DNA of 64,000 nucleotides. It comes from Patescibacteria group bacterium. GTDB lineage: Bacteria; Patescibacteriota; Minisyncoccia; Phycocordibacterales; Phycocordibacteraceae. The position numbers and the translations under genes are program-made. The notes below the pieces were generated by a model. The model saw only the letters and a program-made list of their open reading frames with translations, did no database searches and was not told where the DNA came from. The stretch spans positions 42,070 through 106,069 of the forward strand of contig JBBTSO010000005.1 of NCBI GenBank assembly GCA_038064695.1, given 5' to 3'. Shown in pieces: positions 9,266 to 18,225 of the stretch; position 1 is the first letter of the stretch, and each line of letters begins with the position of its first letter.

Positions 9266-10219
9266 ATGAGTAAACAGAGAGTACTCCTTGCCTTTGGGGG
9301 GATTGTACTTATTCTTGTCGTTGGTATGTGGGGGTGGGTCGTATTTGGCCCCGTTCGGTATTCGCTATTTTATTTTTTTACCCTGCTCAATGCGCCTCAA
9401 GAAGTGAAAGATATGCTTTTTGTTGTTGACAGTGACAGCTCATCTTCGCTTGTCCGTATCCGTCTCGGGGGTCTTGAGACTCAAACATTTGAAGGAATTC
9501 ATATTTTAGGAGTTGAGCGCACAAACGACAAAACAGCAGTGCTGGTATTTCAACAAGGGAGTGGCGCTACGAATGTGGCTCGAGTGGAAGGGGATGCTCT
9601 GGTGCCCTTAACTGATGATGGAGAGATGAAAAAAAGTGTCGCTTTTTCTTCTGATGGAGCATATTTTGCCTACACTGTTCCGGTGAGTTTGTCCCTTCAG
9701 GAGAGTGACTCAGATTCAGGGGAAGTGCCGTCAATCTCATACTCTCCCAATGCGTTTAGTGTTCAAGTCTATGAACGTTCCGGTGCCTTTATTGAGTCTT
9801 TTTCAGGGAACCATCCGTTTTTTTTAGACAATGAGACACTCGGATTTTTTTCTGAAGAAGGGATTGAAACGAAGAATCTCGTCAAAGGCGACAAAACGTA
9901 TATTTACGACGACATCGCTTTTTTGGCAGATGAACGTCCGTATTTCGGGCGCAATAACACCATGATCGTCCGCAACCCTGTTTCCAATGAACTGGTCGTC
10001 TTTCAATTTATTTCCACGCCGCCCTTAGTGTATCGAATCGCCGGAGTGCTGCCTGGCTCGTCGAACGGTTTCGCGCTTTCCCGAGACGATGCTGTATACC
10101 ACGGGTTTTCAACTGACGGATCGTTTATAATACAGAAAGTGACTGATTTTGAACAGTCGCCAGAAGTCTTTTTTTCAATCCCGTCCTCGTTTTTTAGTCC
10201 CACCAGTGCGGTGTTTTAG
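9266..10219 (+). CDS. hypothetical membrane-anchored protein with a beta-rich extracytoplasmic domain
   Basis: 317 aa, N-terminal TM. SSDGAYFAY-type segments are reminiscent of TolB/PD40-like repeats, a weak match. Confidence 0.45.
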   Translation: MSKQRVLLAFGGIVLILVVGMWGWVVFGPVRYSLFYFFTLLNAPQEVKDMLFVVDSDSSSSLVRIRLGGLETQTFEGIHILGVERTNDKTAVLVFQQGSGATNVARVEGDALVPLTDDGEMKKSVAFSSDGAYFAYTVPVSLSLQESDSDSGEVPSISYSPNAFSVQVYERSGAFIESFSGNHPFFLDNETLGFFSEEGIETKNLVKGDKTYIYDDIAFLADERPYFGRNNTMIVRNPVSNELVVFQFISTPPLVYRIAGVLPGSSNGFALSRDDAVYHGFSTDGSFIIQKVTDFEQSPEVFFSIPSSFFSPTSAVF

Positions 10220-10241
10220 TTCTGATAATTTATAAAAGCAT

Positions 10242-11762
10242 ATGACATTCGTTTCAAAGTACAAGCCCTTTAAAAAAAAGACACTGGTGACGCTCATGGC
10301 CGCACTGTTTTTGTTTCCTTTTTTCGCCCAGGCTGCTACCCCGACAGCGACACTCACCGTAACCCCCTCGACGGTTTTTCCTCCAGCTACGGGGACAAAC
10401 AATACACAAGTGTATGTAACGTGGTCGTCAACAAACGCTACGAGCTGTTCAATCGTTCGTCAAAAGCCTGACCTAACCAAATCAACTCTCCCTACAGGTG
10501 GAGCAAAAAGCGGTTCATACATTGACCGTGCGCTTGAGGTTGGTTTTACTAATTATGAACTCACTTGCTTTGGCGGGGGCACGTCAGTGAAGGTTACAAA
10601 AACGGTAATAGGGCAGTCTCCGTATGCTGGTCCATCTACTGGTTATGGGACGGGAGCTGGACAGTGCGCGAGTGGTGTTTGTCTGTCATCGCCAGGTGTG
10701 CTGTACATTCCATGCAGCATTCTTCTGACCAGCGATAAAACCACCACGCTCGGTTTTACCAATGACTCTGCCGCGATCACGCTTGGTCAGAGTGTGAAAT
10801 TGATTTGGAGTAGTATCATTTTTGCCGGCAACACTGCAAATATTATTAACTACGGACCTATTTCGCCTCCATCAGGCGGTTCGGTAACGGTTACCCCAAC
10901 TCAAACAATCACGTACACTGCTCAGTGTACGTTTGGAGGCGCTGGCATTTACGGTTACTCAGGGGGTACCATTAACTCAAACTCAATCACTATCAACGTC
11001 GCACCGCCTTCGGTGTCCGGAACCTGTAGTGTCTCTCCTGCAGGCATCACCTCAGGCTCTTCGGCTACGTGGACTGCGGTACCAAGCGGAGGCGATGGAA
11101 CCTACACGTATTCTTGGAGTGGTACCAGCGGACTTACTGGTACTGCCCGCACGGTAACGAAATCATATTCAACGACCGGCACAAAAACCGGAACAGTCAT
11201 CATCACCTCTGCGGGCGTTTCAAAAACAGTCCAATGTTCCAACTCACTCATCGTTTCAAGTCCGACACCACAATGCTCAAACGGTATTGATGATGACGGC
11301 GATGGCCGCATTGACTCGGCAGACTATGGATGTACATCCTCCGGTGGAGGTGGAAACATTGCAAACGACCCTACTGAATCACCCAATCCTCAATGTTCGG
11401 ACGGGGTTGATAATAACGGCAATGGGTTGATTGACACTGCTGACGTGGGCGCGTGCACGGATCCTGCTGATAGTAATGAACAACCACTGCCTGGCTCAAC
11501 ACTTTCTCTTTCTGGTTCCGCGCTTGTTCAAAAGTCTTTACCCGCAACACTCATATGGTCGGTTTCTAATGTTCGCGCGGGGTCGTGTACTCTGTTCGGT
11601 ACCAATGGCGACTCCTGGGATCTTACAGGAACGTCGGGCGTTCTTGTATCATCGACTATTTCCGGAGAAACCACCTTCACCCTTCAGTGTCTTGATTTGA
11701 ACGGAAATCCCACAAGTAAAACTCATAACGTTAAAGTTGCACCCTCGTTTGAGGAAGTTTAA
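10242..11762 (+). CDS. secreted repeat protein with Ig-like modules and two Cys-bracketed Asp/Asn-rich (DxDxDG-type) motifs
   Basis: 506 aa with a signal peptide. It contains repeated modules of about 85 aa (W-S-S-x-N ... T-Y-x-L-x-C). It also has two copies of the motif C-S-[DN]-G-[IV]-D-[DN]-x-G-[DN]-G-x-I-D-x-A-D-x-G-(A)-C. Paralogous to the next ORF. Confidence 0.6.
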   Translation: MTFVSKYKPFKKKTLVTLMAALFLFPFFAQAATPTATLTVTPSTVFPPATGTNNTQVYVTWSSTNATSCSIVRQKPDLTKSTLPTGGAKSGSYIDRALEVGFTNYELTCFGGGTSVKVTKTVIGQSPYAGPSTGYGTGAGQCASGVCLSSPGVLYIPCSILLTSDKTTTLGFTNDSAAITLGQSVKLIWSSIIFAGNTANIINYGPISPPSGGSVTVTPTQTITYTAQCTFGGAGIYGYSGGTINSNSITINVAPPSVSGTCSVSPAGITSGSSATWTAVPSGGDGTYTYSWSGTSGLTGTARTVTKSYSTTGTKTGTVIITSAGVSKTVQCSNSLIVSSPTPQCSNGIDDDGDGRIDSADYGCTSSGGGGNIANDPTESPNPQCSDGVDNNGNGLIDTADVGACTDPADSNEQPLPGSTLSLSGSALVQKSLPATLIWSVSNVRAGSCTLFGTNGDSWDLTGTSGVLVSSTISGETTFTLQCLDLNGNPTSKTHNVKVAPSFEEV

Positions 11763-11875
11763 CCGTACTCACATAGGAGTGCATTGTATTTAGTATTATG
11801 GACATCTTAAACACTACCCCCAGTCGTTGATTGGAAGCACTTTTTGTGTTGGGTCAAGTGGTATGATACTGGTAT

Positions 11876-13243
11876 ATGAATATTCTTAATACGATAGGTT
11901 ATTTCATTGTTCAAGTTGTTGCGGGAGCATTAACATTTGTTGGAATACAAACCCCGATAAACCCCACACTCAACGTTACCCTCGGTGCATTACCAACCAC
12001 CATTAATGCGGGGGAGGTAGCAAAATTATCGTGGTCTTCTAATGGCGCGGTAGAGTGTACGAGTATTGATTTTAGTACAGGAAGCCAGGTTGTGGGCAAC
12101 AAAGACGTATCACCAACACAGACCACTACGTACAATATTTTGTGCTTTGATGCAAAATCAACCGCACTTGCAACACCAGGAACGTGGCAGCTAAGTGACA
12201 CTGACTATACCGATTTCGCCTGCCCGGTATCAACCGTGGAGCTTGATTTGGGGAACGGAGTCACTGAACCAATTCCTGAGTGTGCGGGGTCTGTGCCAAA
12301 ACAAAACTGCCCCGTGAACCAAAATGGCGGATGTAACTGGTCCAATTCATTTGAACCTTCGGGAACAGCGTGTTCAGGAACTGGTCAGTGTAAGGTGAGC
12401 TCTTCGAGTCAGAGTTGTGTCGTCAAAACAAAAATATATTCTTGTACACCTACACCAGTGACGACGGGAACGTGGACGCTCGTCGGAAGCGACCTCTCAG
12501 ATATCTTCATATTTCCTGGGGGAGATCCAAGCAAGAATCAAATTTACCGTGGAATGCAAGACTGCCCGGTACCAGACCCTGAAGGCAAGTCATGTACCAG
12601 TGCAAATCGATGCAAAACGAACAAAACGGTTGGATGGTTGGTTTACACCGACATTTATGCGTGCCAGGGAGGCGGAACAGCACCAAAACCCCAAAACCTT
12701 AATGCGGTGAGTTCACAAGTAACGGTGACAGTGAATCAAGCAGTTACTCCACCCGGGGGTGGAGGTGGGGGAAGCGGACAATGTTCTGACAAAAAAGATA
12801 ATGATAACGACGGAAAAGTTGATAGTGCCGATTTTGGTTGTTCAATAGGAACAGGGAACGAGAGCCCAAATCCGCAGTGTTCAGACGGCATTGATAATAA
12901 TAACAACGGGCTCATTGATCTTAAAGACACAGGAGCCTGCACAAGTTCTACTGATAATAATGAGCGGTTTCCTGACGGTGCAGCAACACTTTCGGCAGAT
13001 ACACTCGTGTTAAAAAATACTTCCGCCCGCATTTCGTGGAGTATCAGTAACGTTGTTGCCGGTTCGTGTGTCTTGAAAGGAACAAACGGTGACACATGGA
13101 CTCTCACTGGTAATTCAGGGACGGTGACTTCGTCTCCGCTCGCAAATGAAACTCAATTTACTTTAACCTGTACTGACCTCAACGCACGTTCAATTAAACA
13201 GTCGGTGACCGTAAAAATTGCTCCAACGTTCGACGAGCAGTAA
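11876..13243 (+). CDS. secreted repeat protein, paralog of 10242-11762
   Basis: 455 aa with the same domain order. The C-terminal 90 aa and the SPNPQCSDG[IV]DNNxNGLID motif are conserved with the upstream ORF. Nucleotide identity is only moderate, indicating an old duplication. Confidence 0.6.
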   Translation: MNILNTIGYFIVQVVAGALTFVGIQTPINPTLNVTLGALPTTINAGEVAKLSWSSNGAVECTSIDFSTGSQVVGNKDVSPTQTTTYNILCFDAKSTALATPGTWQLSDTDYTDFACPVSTVELDLGNGVTEPIPECAGSVPKQNCPVNQNGGCNWSNSFEPSGTACSGTGQCKVSSSSQSCVVKTKIYSCTPTPVTTGTWTLVGSDLSDIFIFPGGDPSKNQIYRGMQDCPVPDPEGKSCTSANRCKTNKTVGWLVYTDIYACQGGGTAPKPQNLNAVSSQVTVTVNQAVTPPGGGGGGSGQCSDKKDNDNDGKVDSADFGCSIGTGNESPNPQCSDGIDNNNNGLIDLKDTGACTSSTDNNERFPDGAATLSADTLVLKNTSARISWSISNVVAGSCVLKGTNGDTWTLTGNSGTVTSSPLANETQFTLTCTDLNARSIKQSVTVKIAPTFDEQ

Positions 13244-13248
13244 AAATA

Positions 13249-13279
13249 AAAAACATCTGCTTCGGCAGATGTTTTTTTG
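13249..13279. terminator. bidirectional rho-independent terminator
   Basis: aaaaacatctgc-ttcg-gcagatgttttttt: a perfect 9-10 bp stem with an A run before and a T run after. Confidence 0.7.
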
Positions 13280-13284
13280 GTAGG

Positions 13285-13301
13285 CATGACTCCACGGAGA
13301 A
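13285..13301 (-). repeat. 17-nt duplicate of the tRNA-Glu 3' end (att-like direct repeat)
   Basis: catgactccacggagaa is identical to 13492-13508. The extended form GTANNCATGACTCCACGGAGAA matches at 20 of 22 positions. Confidence 0.6.
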
Positions 13302-13493
13302 GTGTCCTGTTGGAGACAACAAGCACGCATCGGTCAAGCGCTCGTTCGTCGCCGGTCGCTCCTCACTCCGCCTGACCACGCTCGCGTCGTCCCGATAGCT
13401 TTCGGGTCCCGCGACGCTCGTCTTCGATTTTCCGTAGAGCCTCGGTGAAATACTAAAAAACTACATACGAATGTATGTAGTTTTAAGTATTCA

Positions 13494-13565
13494 TGACTCC
13501 ACGGAGAATCGAACTCCGATTTGAACCTTGAGAAGGTCCCGTCCTAGCCGTTAGACGATGGAGCC
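13494..13565 (-). tRNA. tRNA-Glu (anticodon CUC)
   Basis: The reverse complement folds as a canonical cloverleaf: 7-bp acceptor stem, D arm GTCT/GGAC, anticodon stem GGACC/GGTTC with loop TTCTCAA, T arm CGGAG-TTCGATT-CTCCG and discriminator A. CCA is not encoded. Confidence 0.8.
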
Positions 13566-13803
13566 AAAATCTAGGCCTATATAGGCGCTAGGCTTTTAGT
13601 ATAAACCAGAAAAGCATAAGAAATATACTACGAATTGGCAAAATAATAAAACAAACGCAACAGTGCCGTGGAACTTTGTTTGGCCGTTCCCTGACTTAGG
13701 TGGGGAGATTAACGACGGAGGCTTGAAGGGGTACCCAGACAAATTTTGTAGAATTTTCCACGTGCTACAGTGGTGAGGTGTGAGTTTATATATAACATAG
13801 TGC

Positions 13804-15633
13804 ATGCACTTTTCTATGAAACAACTTGCCCTTTTTGTGTTATTGGTTCTTGCTGCAGCAAGCATCCCCATAACCTTTATCGAACCTGAATTCAGAGTTG
13901 AAGCGCTCGCTTCATTTAAGAATGATTTTCGCACTCTCGTGGCGTCGCTTTCTTCAGTAGCGCCATCGGGACAGGTAGCGGGCGTCACTTCTCTCGATGT
14001 TTCAGGGGAGAGTTTTTTTAAACGAAGCGATGTACTGCTTTCTCCCCGTGGTGTGGAGAGCGGATGGAAGGCTGTCTACGATTCTTTTTTAGCAAATCGT
14101 ATTGCGTGGACGTACGCATGGAATACTTACGTTCCGCTTGGACAAAAACTTAACATTCCCGTGCAGTGTACGTTTACCTATTGGATTCCGGCAAGTGAGC
14201 CACTCGCGCCACAAATGGAGTGCCCAGGAGCAAAAGGCAAAACAGTTGGCCTTTTGCCCGACGTGCGTACTAAAGCGTGGCAAACGTTCCAGTTGGCAAA
14301 TGTAAAAAAACAAATTGACGCCGGCTGCACCGCGTTTCAACAGGACGGTATGGGAGCTTCGGAAGGCCTATCTTATGGGTGCGGGACGAAGGAAGAAATA
14401 GTCAGTTACAACACATGGCTCCATGATGAGACGCAAAAGTACGCGTGGAGTATTGATCCCTCGCGTCGTATCACATTCTCAACAAATATTACGAACAATC
14501 AATTCAAAAAGAATGACTTCGCATGGATTTTAGACAGTTTTGATTTTTTAGTAAACGAAACGTACGGTGACAGAGCAACTACGCTTTCCTCATTACGTTC
14601 AAGCGCCGCGGAAACTCGGTACTATGACCCCGCGGTGAGTGCGAGCACACTAGCAAGCGAAGACGTATGGCTTAACCAGCGGTTTATTGCATCTGCCTAC
14701 GCGCTAGGGATTCTCCCAATTGCTCCATGGAGTGTCTATACTGGTCCGACAATGCCACGGTTTTATGGGAATGCGACAGACTTTGCAAAGCTTTATAGTG
14801 TTGTCCGAAATAATCAAACCCTTTTTGATTCTTATACATTTCTTCGAGACTCGGACAACACTTCTGGAGTGATTGCCCCCCTTCAACCACTTCACTACTC
14901 AGTGACTCCTGGAGCCGACGGGGGAGTAAAGAGTGTTGATACCGTCACGTATCCTGATCGAGTCACTATAAAGTGGACCGGTCAATCCTCGTATAAAAAA
15001 GTGGTGAAAGGGCAAAAACTACGAATTGGTAGCACGGTATTTACCACCACTGGAGGAAGTAATGTAGGGAACATTTATCTTCCTGTTGGCTCTCAGGTTG
15101 CAGTAAACCAACCGGTATTTATGAAGGATCTCTCAATTCCACCCTCTCCTGTTCTTGTTTCTCAGGGGTTGGTAACCAAAGTGGACGCTACGACGTACCC
15201 GCAGCGTGTAGCGGTAACGTGGACCGGTCGTACGGACGCGGAAAATAAAAATGTCCCCAAGGGAACGACTGTAACCATTGCAGAAAAAAACTATTCAACG
15301 GTCGTTGACACCACGGTGGGTAACATCTATGTGCCAGCAGGTACTCCTGTTGCAGTAGGCGATACCTTCTCAATCTCTAAAACAAAACTTCATGTTGTGG
15401 TAACCACCTCTCAGGTTGATAAAGCAAAACGCGCGGTGCACCTAGTGAATTGGGACGACACAACGGTACGCCCGGGTCTTTCACTTTCAAAGTATGACTT
15501 TCCGAAACCACCAAATAAAATCGTTACCTCAGAGGCATCGGTCGCAACAGCGATTACTCCGGAGCTTCGAGGTAACTATTACGTCTACACACTTCCTCCG
15601 CTTGATACCTGGCTAATTTTATTCGCTGAGTGA
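13804..15633 (+). CDS. secreted hypothetical protein with a C-terminal internal tandem duplication
   Basis: 609 aa with a signal peptide. Two repeats of about 80 aa (TYP[DQ]RV..[KT]WTG...VGNIY[LV]P.G[ST].VAV) occupy the C-terminal third. Confidence 0.55.
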   Translation: MHFSMKQLALFVLLVLAAASIPITFIEPEFRVEALASFKNDFRTLVASLSSVAPSGQVAGVTSLDVSGESFFKRSDVLLSPRGVESGWKAVYDSFLANRIAWTYAWNTYVPLGQKLNIPVQCTFTYWIPASEPLAPQMECPGAKGKTVGLLPDVRTKAWQTFQLANVKKQIDAGCTAFQQDGMGASEGLSYGCGTKEEIVSYNTWLHDETQKYAWSIDPSRRITFSTNITNNQFKKNDFAWILDSFDFLVNETYGDRATTLSSLRSSAAETRYYDPAVSASTLASEDVWLNQRFIASAYALGILPIAPWSVYTGPTMPRFYGNATDFAKLYSVVRNNQTLFDSYTFLRDSDNTSGVIAPLQPLHYSVTPGADGGVKSVDTVTYPDRVTIKWTGQSSYKKVVKGQKLRIGSTVFTTTGGSNVGNIYLPVGSQVAVNQPVFMKDLSIPPSPVLVSQGLVTKVDATTYPQRVAVTWTGRTDAENKNVPKGTTVTIAEKNYSTVVDTTVGNIYVPAGTPVAVGDTFSISKTKLHVVVTTSQVDKAKRAVHLVNWDDTTVRPGLSLSKYDFPKPPNKIVTSEASVATAITPELRGNYYVYTLPPLDTWLILFAE

Positions 15634-15675
15634 TTTGAGTGTTGATTGGTGTATTTACTTTCGCAATTCAATAAA

Positions 15676-15710
15676 CAAAAACCCCCGCACCGCGAGGGTT
15701 TTTGTTTTTA
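15676..15710. terminator. bidirectional terminator-like hairpin
   Basis: aaaaacccccgcaccgcgagggtttttgttttt between convergent genes. Confidence 0.5.
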
Positions 15711-15962
15711 TATTACGCGTTTTGTTTTTACTGTTCGGCGCACAGCGTCAGCCATCAACAGAGCTCCTGTTGGGATAGTAGCTAAACCGGTAGCAGGGAG
15801 ATAGACATTTTCAACCATTTTGTCTTCATCGGTAAGGAATGTCTCGTTATCCGTGAAGAACTCGGTGAAACCAGCACCAAGAATTATGGCAGGAACAATT
15901 AAAGTTAAGATTGCTCCCGCGACATATTCTATCTTGTTTACTACTTCTTTATTAATTGCCAT
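15708..15962 (-). CDS. hypothetical small membrane protein (84 aa)
   Basis: ORF with two hydrophobic segments. No recognisable family. Confidence 0.35.
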   Translation of the reverse strand: MAINKEVVNKIEYVAGAILTLIVPAIILGAGFTEFFTDNETFLTDEDKMVENVYLPATGLATIPTGALLMADAVRRTVKTKRVI

Positions 15963-16064
15963 ATAAATTTCTTTTAAATTTTTTAATTAACACACTTTAA
16001 AAAGTGTTCCGAGCATTATACTCCACTGAGTGCTTATTGTCAAGTATTACGGGAATTAAAATCT

Positions 16065-16304
16065 TTATCCAGCGAAGGCGCGATTACCTGCAAGCGAAAA
16101 GGCAAACCATCCAGGGAAAAACGCCATAGCAAGTGCCGCTACGAATACTGCCGGTTCAGTAAAATCAACATATCCTTCGGAGGTTTCTGCAACAAGCCTA
16201 AAACCTTCTGTTCGGTGAGCTTCAAAACCTGCAACCGCTGTGAAACCTCCGAGTACGGTTCCTCCTACTAAAAACATCGAACTTCCAAATGCGTGAAAAC
16301 TCAT
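16065..16304 (-). CDS. hypothetical small membrane protein (79 aa)
   Basis: ORF with Gly/Ala-rich TM segments. Confidence 0.35.
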   Translation of the reverse strand: MSFHAFGSSMFLVGGTVLGGFTAVAGFEAHRTEGFRLVAETSEGYVDFTEPAVFVAALAMAFFPGWFAFSLAGNRAFAG

Positions 16305-16319
16305 AAAACTATATTTTAT

Positions 16320-16709
16320 TTACTTTGGGATTTTTGTCAATTTTTGATTATACTGTAAGGCAAATTCCATATCATTCTTTATTGCCAGCTTCAAATCTTC
16401 AAGATTGGCAAATGCTTCCTTTTCTCGTATTTTTTTAAATACTAAAACCCGCACTGGTTCCCCGTATATGTCTTTCGTAAACCCAAAAAGGTGCGCTTCA
16501 AGAATTCCACGTTCCGGGTCAGCGTAGAGTCCTGCGTTATAGGTAGCGCCACAGTACTCCACCACTCCCACAAAACTACCGGAGAAGTGGTGTTCTCCAA
16601 GAGGAATGTTTACGGTGGGGTACCCCAACGTTCGCGCGAACTGCCCACCTAGGGAGACAATGCCTGAAACAGTAAAGAGTGGAATGTTAGGTGAATGATT
16701 CATCAACAA
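16320..16709 (-). CDS. riboflavin kinase (flavokinase domain only)
   Basis: 129 aa with flavokinase motifs: LGYPTVNI (PTANI-like) and LEAHLFGFTKDIYGE (E.H..F..D.YG). Confidence 0.65.
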   Translation of the reverse strand: MLMNHSPNIPLFTVSGIVSLGGQFARTLGYPTVNIPLGEHHFSGSFVGVVEYCGATYNAGLYADPERGILEAHLFGFTKDIYGEPVRVLVFKKIREKEAFANLEDLKLAIKNDMEFALQYNQKLTKIPK

Positions 16710-17139
16710 CCGCCTTTACGTCGCCACCGTCTGCCTTGCCTGCAAGGTCTTTCATTACCATTCCCACCAAACGGCCCGCGTCTTTTTTATCACTAACATT
16801 TAGTTCAGCTTTTTTTGCGTCTACTATTTTTTTAATATCGTCTCTCCTCATCAGAGCAGGAAGGTATGCTTCTAGGAGCGCCTGTTCGGCTTCTTCTTTT
16901 TGCGCGGACTCTTCTCGGCCACCGGAGCGGAAGGCAAGAACTGATTCTTTACGCTTTTTTACCTCGCGTCGTATGACCGCGAGCGCGTCTTCGTCAGAAA
17001 GCTCGTCGGTAGGTTTTTTGCCTTTGGCGACAAGTTCATTGGTGAACGCCGCCGTGAGCCCACGGAGCACTTCGGTTTTAAGTGGGTCCTTCGCCTTCAT
17101 GGCGGTCATAATTCCATCTTTTATGCTTTTTTGTATCAT
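16687..17139 (-). CDS. GatB/YqeY domain protein
   Basis: The start is taken at MIQKSIKDG inside the longer track ORF. The YqeY signature (KAKD..K...LR.L.A.F.NE) is present. Confidence 0.75.
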   Translation of the reverse strand: MIQKSIKDGIMTAMKAKDPLKTEVLRGLTAAFTNELVAKGKKPTDELSDEDALAVIRREVKKRKESVLAFRSGGREESAQKEEAEQALLEAYLPALMRRDDIKKIVDAKKAELNVSDKKDAGRLVGMVMKDLAGKADGGDVKAVVDESFT

Positions 17140-17182
17140 TCCAACAGTATAACGCGTTACGTCGGAATGGTAGAATAGAGAT

Positions 17183-18223
17183 ATGAACGAATTTTTCTCG
17201 GTGGCGTTAGCGTTTTTGGTACTCATAAACCTCGCAGTTCTTTTTTTTGTTTTTACTCGTAAACAATCAGGTGGGTCAGAGGGTGTGCAGATGTTGAACG
17301 ATCGCATTGTGGAGCTGTCGCGGACTTTGGACGAACGCCTTGACCGCACTCAGCAGTCTTTACACGAGTCAGTGAAGACACAAATGTCGGAGTCGTTTCG
17401 ACTCATTAAAGACGTCACCGCAGGGCTCACCAAGTTGGATGAAACGAACCGCCAAGTGGTGTCGTTTGCCGACCAGCTTCAAAACTTGCAAGATATTTTA
17501 AAAAATCCAAAACAGCGAGGTATTTTAGGCGAATACTACCTCGAAACGGTTTTGAAAAACGTAATGCCGCCAGGGAGTTTCCAAATGCAGTACGGGTTTA
17601 AAAACGGTGAAATAGTGGACGCAGTCGTTTTTATGCGTGACCGTATTATTCCCATAGATTCAAAGTTTTCATTAGACAACTACAACAAGGCCATTGAGGC
17701 GCGTGAGGGAAGTGAGCGCGAAGGATACGAGAAAATGTTTAAACAAGACTTGAAAGTGCGCATTGACGAAACCAGCAAATACGTGCGACCTGAAGAAAAC
17801 ACGATGGAATTTGCGTTTATGTTTATCCCCTCAGAGGGTGTGTATTATGACCTGCTGGTGAACCAGGTGGGAGCAATGAAAACCAACACGCGGGATTTGA
17901 TTGAATATGCGTTTAGTAAAAAAGTGATCATTGTTTCGCCGACCTCATTTTTGGCGTATTTGCAAACGGTCTTGCAAGGACTCAAAGGACTTCAAATTGA
18001 AGAGCAGGCAAAAGAAATTCAAAAGAGGGTAGGGGAGTTAGGAAAACATATCAAGGCGTATGAGGATTATTTTGCAAAAATAGGCAATACGCTCCAGACT
18101 ACGGTAAACCACTACAACGCGGCCCACAAAGAGCTTGGTAAGGTAGACAAAGACGTGCTCCGCATTACCGGGGAAGCCCCAGGCATTGAAGTGGTGAGTC
18201 TCCAGGGGGTTGATAGGGAATAG
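17183..18223 (+). CDS. rmuC: DNA recombination protein RmuC
   Basis: 346 aa with an N-terminal TM, a coiled coil and the RmuC core (GEYYLETVL ... IPIDSKF). Confidence 0.8.
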   Translation: MNEFFSVALAFLVLINLAVLFFVFTRKQSGGSEGVQMLNDRIVELSRTLDERLDRTQQSLHESVKTQMSESFRLIKDVTAGLTKLDETNRQVVSFADQLQNLQDILKNPKQRGILGEYYLETVLKNVMPPGSFQMQYGFKNGEIVDAVVFMRDRIIPIDSKFSLDNYNKAIEAREGSEREGYEKMFKQDLKVRIDETSKYVRPEENTMEFAFMFIPSEGVYYDLLVNQVGAMKTNTRDLIEYAFSKKVIIVSPTSFLAYLQTVLQGLKGLQIEEQAKEIQKRVGELGKHIKAYEDYFAKIGNTLQTTVNHYNAAHKELGKVDKDVLRITGEAPGIEVVSLQGVDRE

Positions 18224-18225
18224 AC

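Noticed and set aside
13285-13508. Intact integrated prophage or genomic island at tRNA-Glu
   Set aside because: The duplicated tRNA 3' ends are only about 190 bp apart. No integrase, excisionase or phage gene lies between or next to them. At most this is a remnant, so it is reported as a finding, not a mobile-element feature.
10242-15633. Diversity-generating retroelement acting on the repeat proteins
   Set aside because: No reverse-transcriptase ORF (YxDD) is in the window. The internal repeats differ at all base types rather than mainly at adenines. No near-identical TR/VR pair was found.
15963-16064. CIRCE-like half-site GAGTGCTTA near 16040
   Set aside because: Only the right half matches. 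There is no TTAGCACTC partner at the required 9-nt spacing, and no chaperone gene is adjacent.
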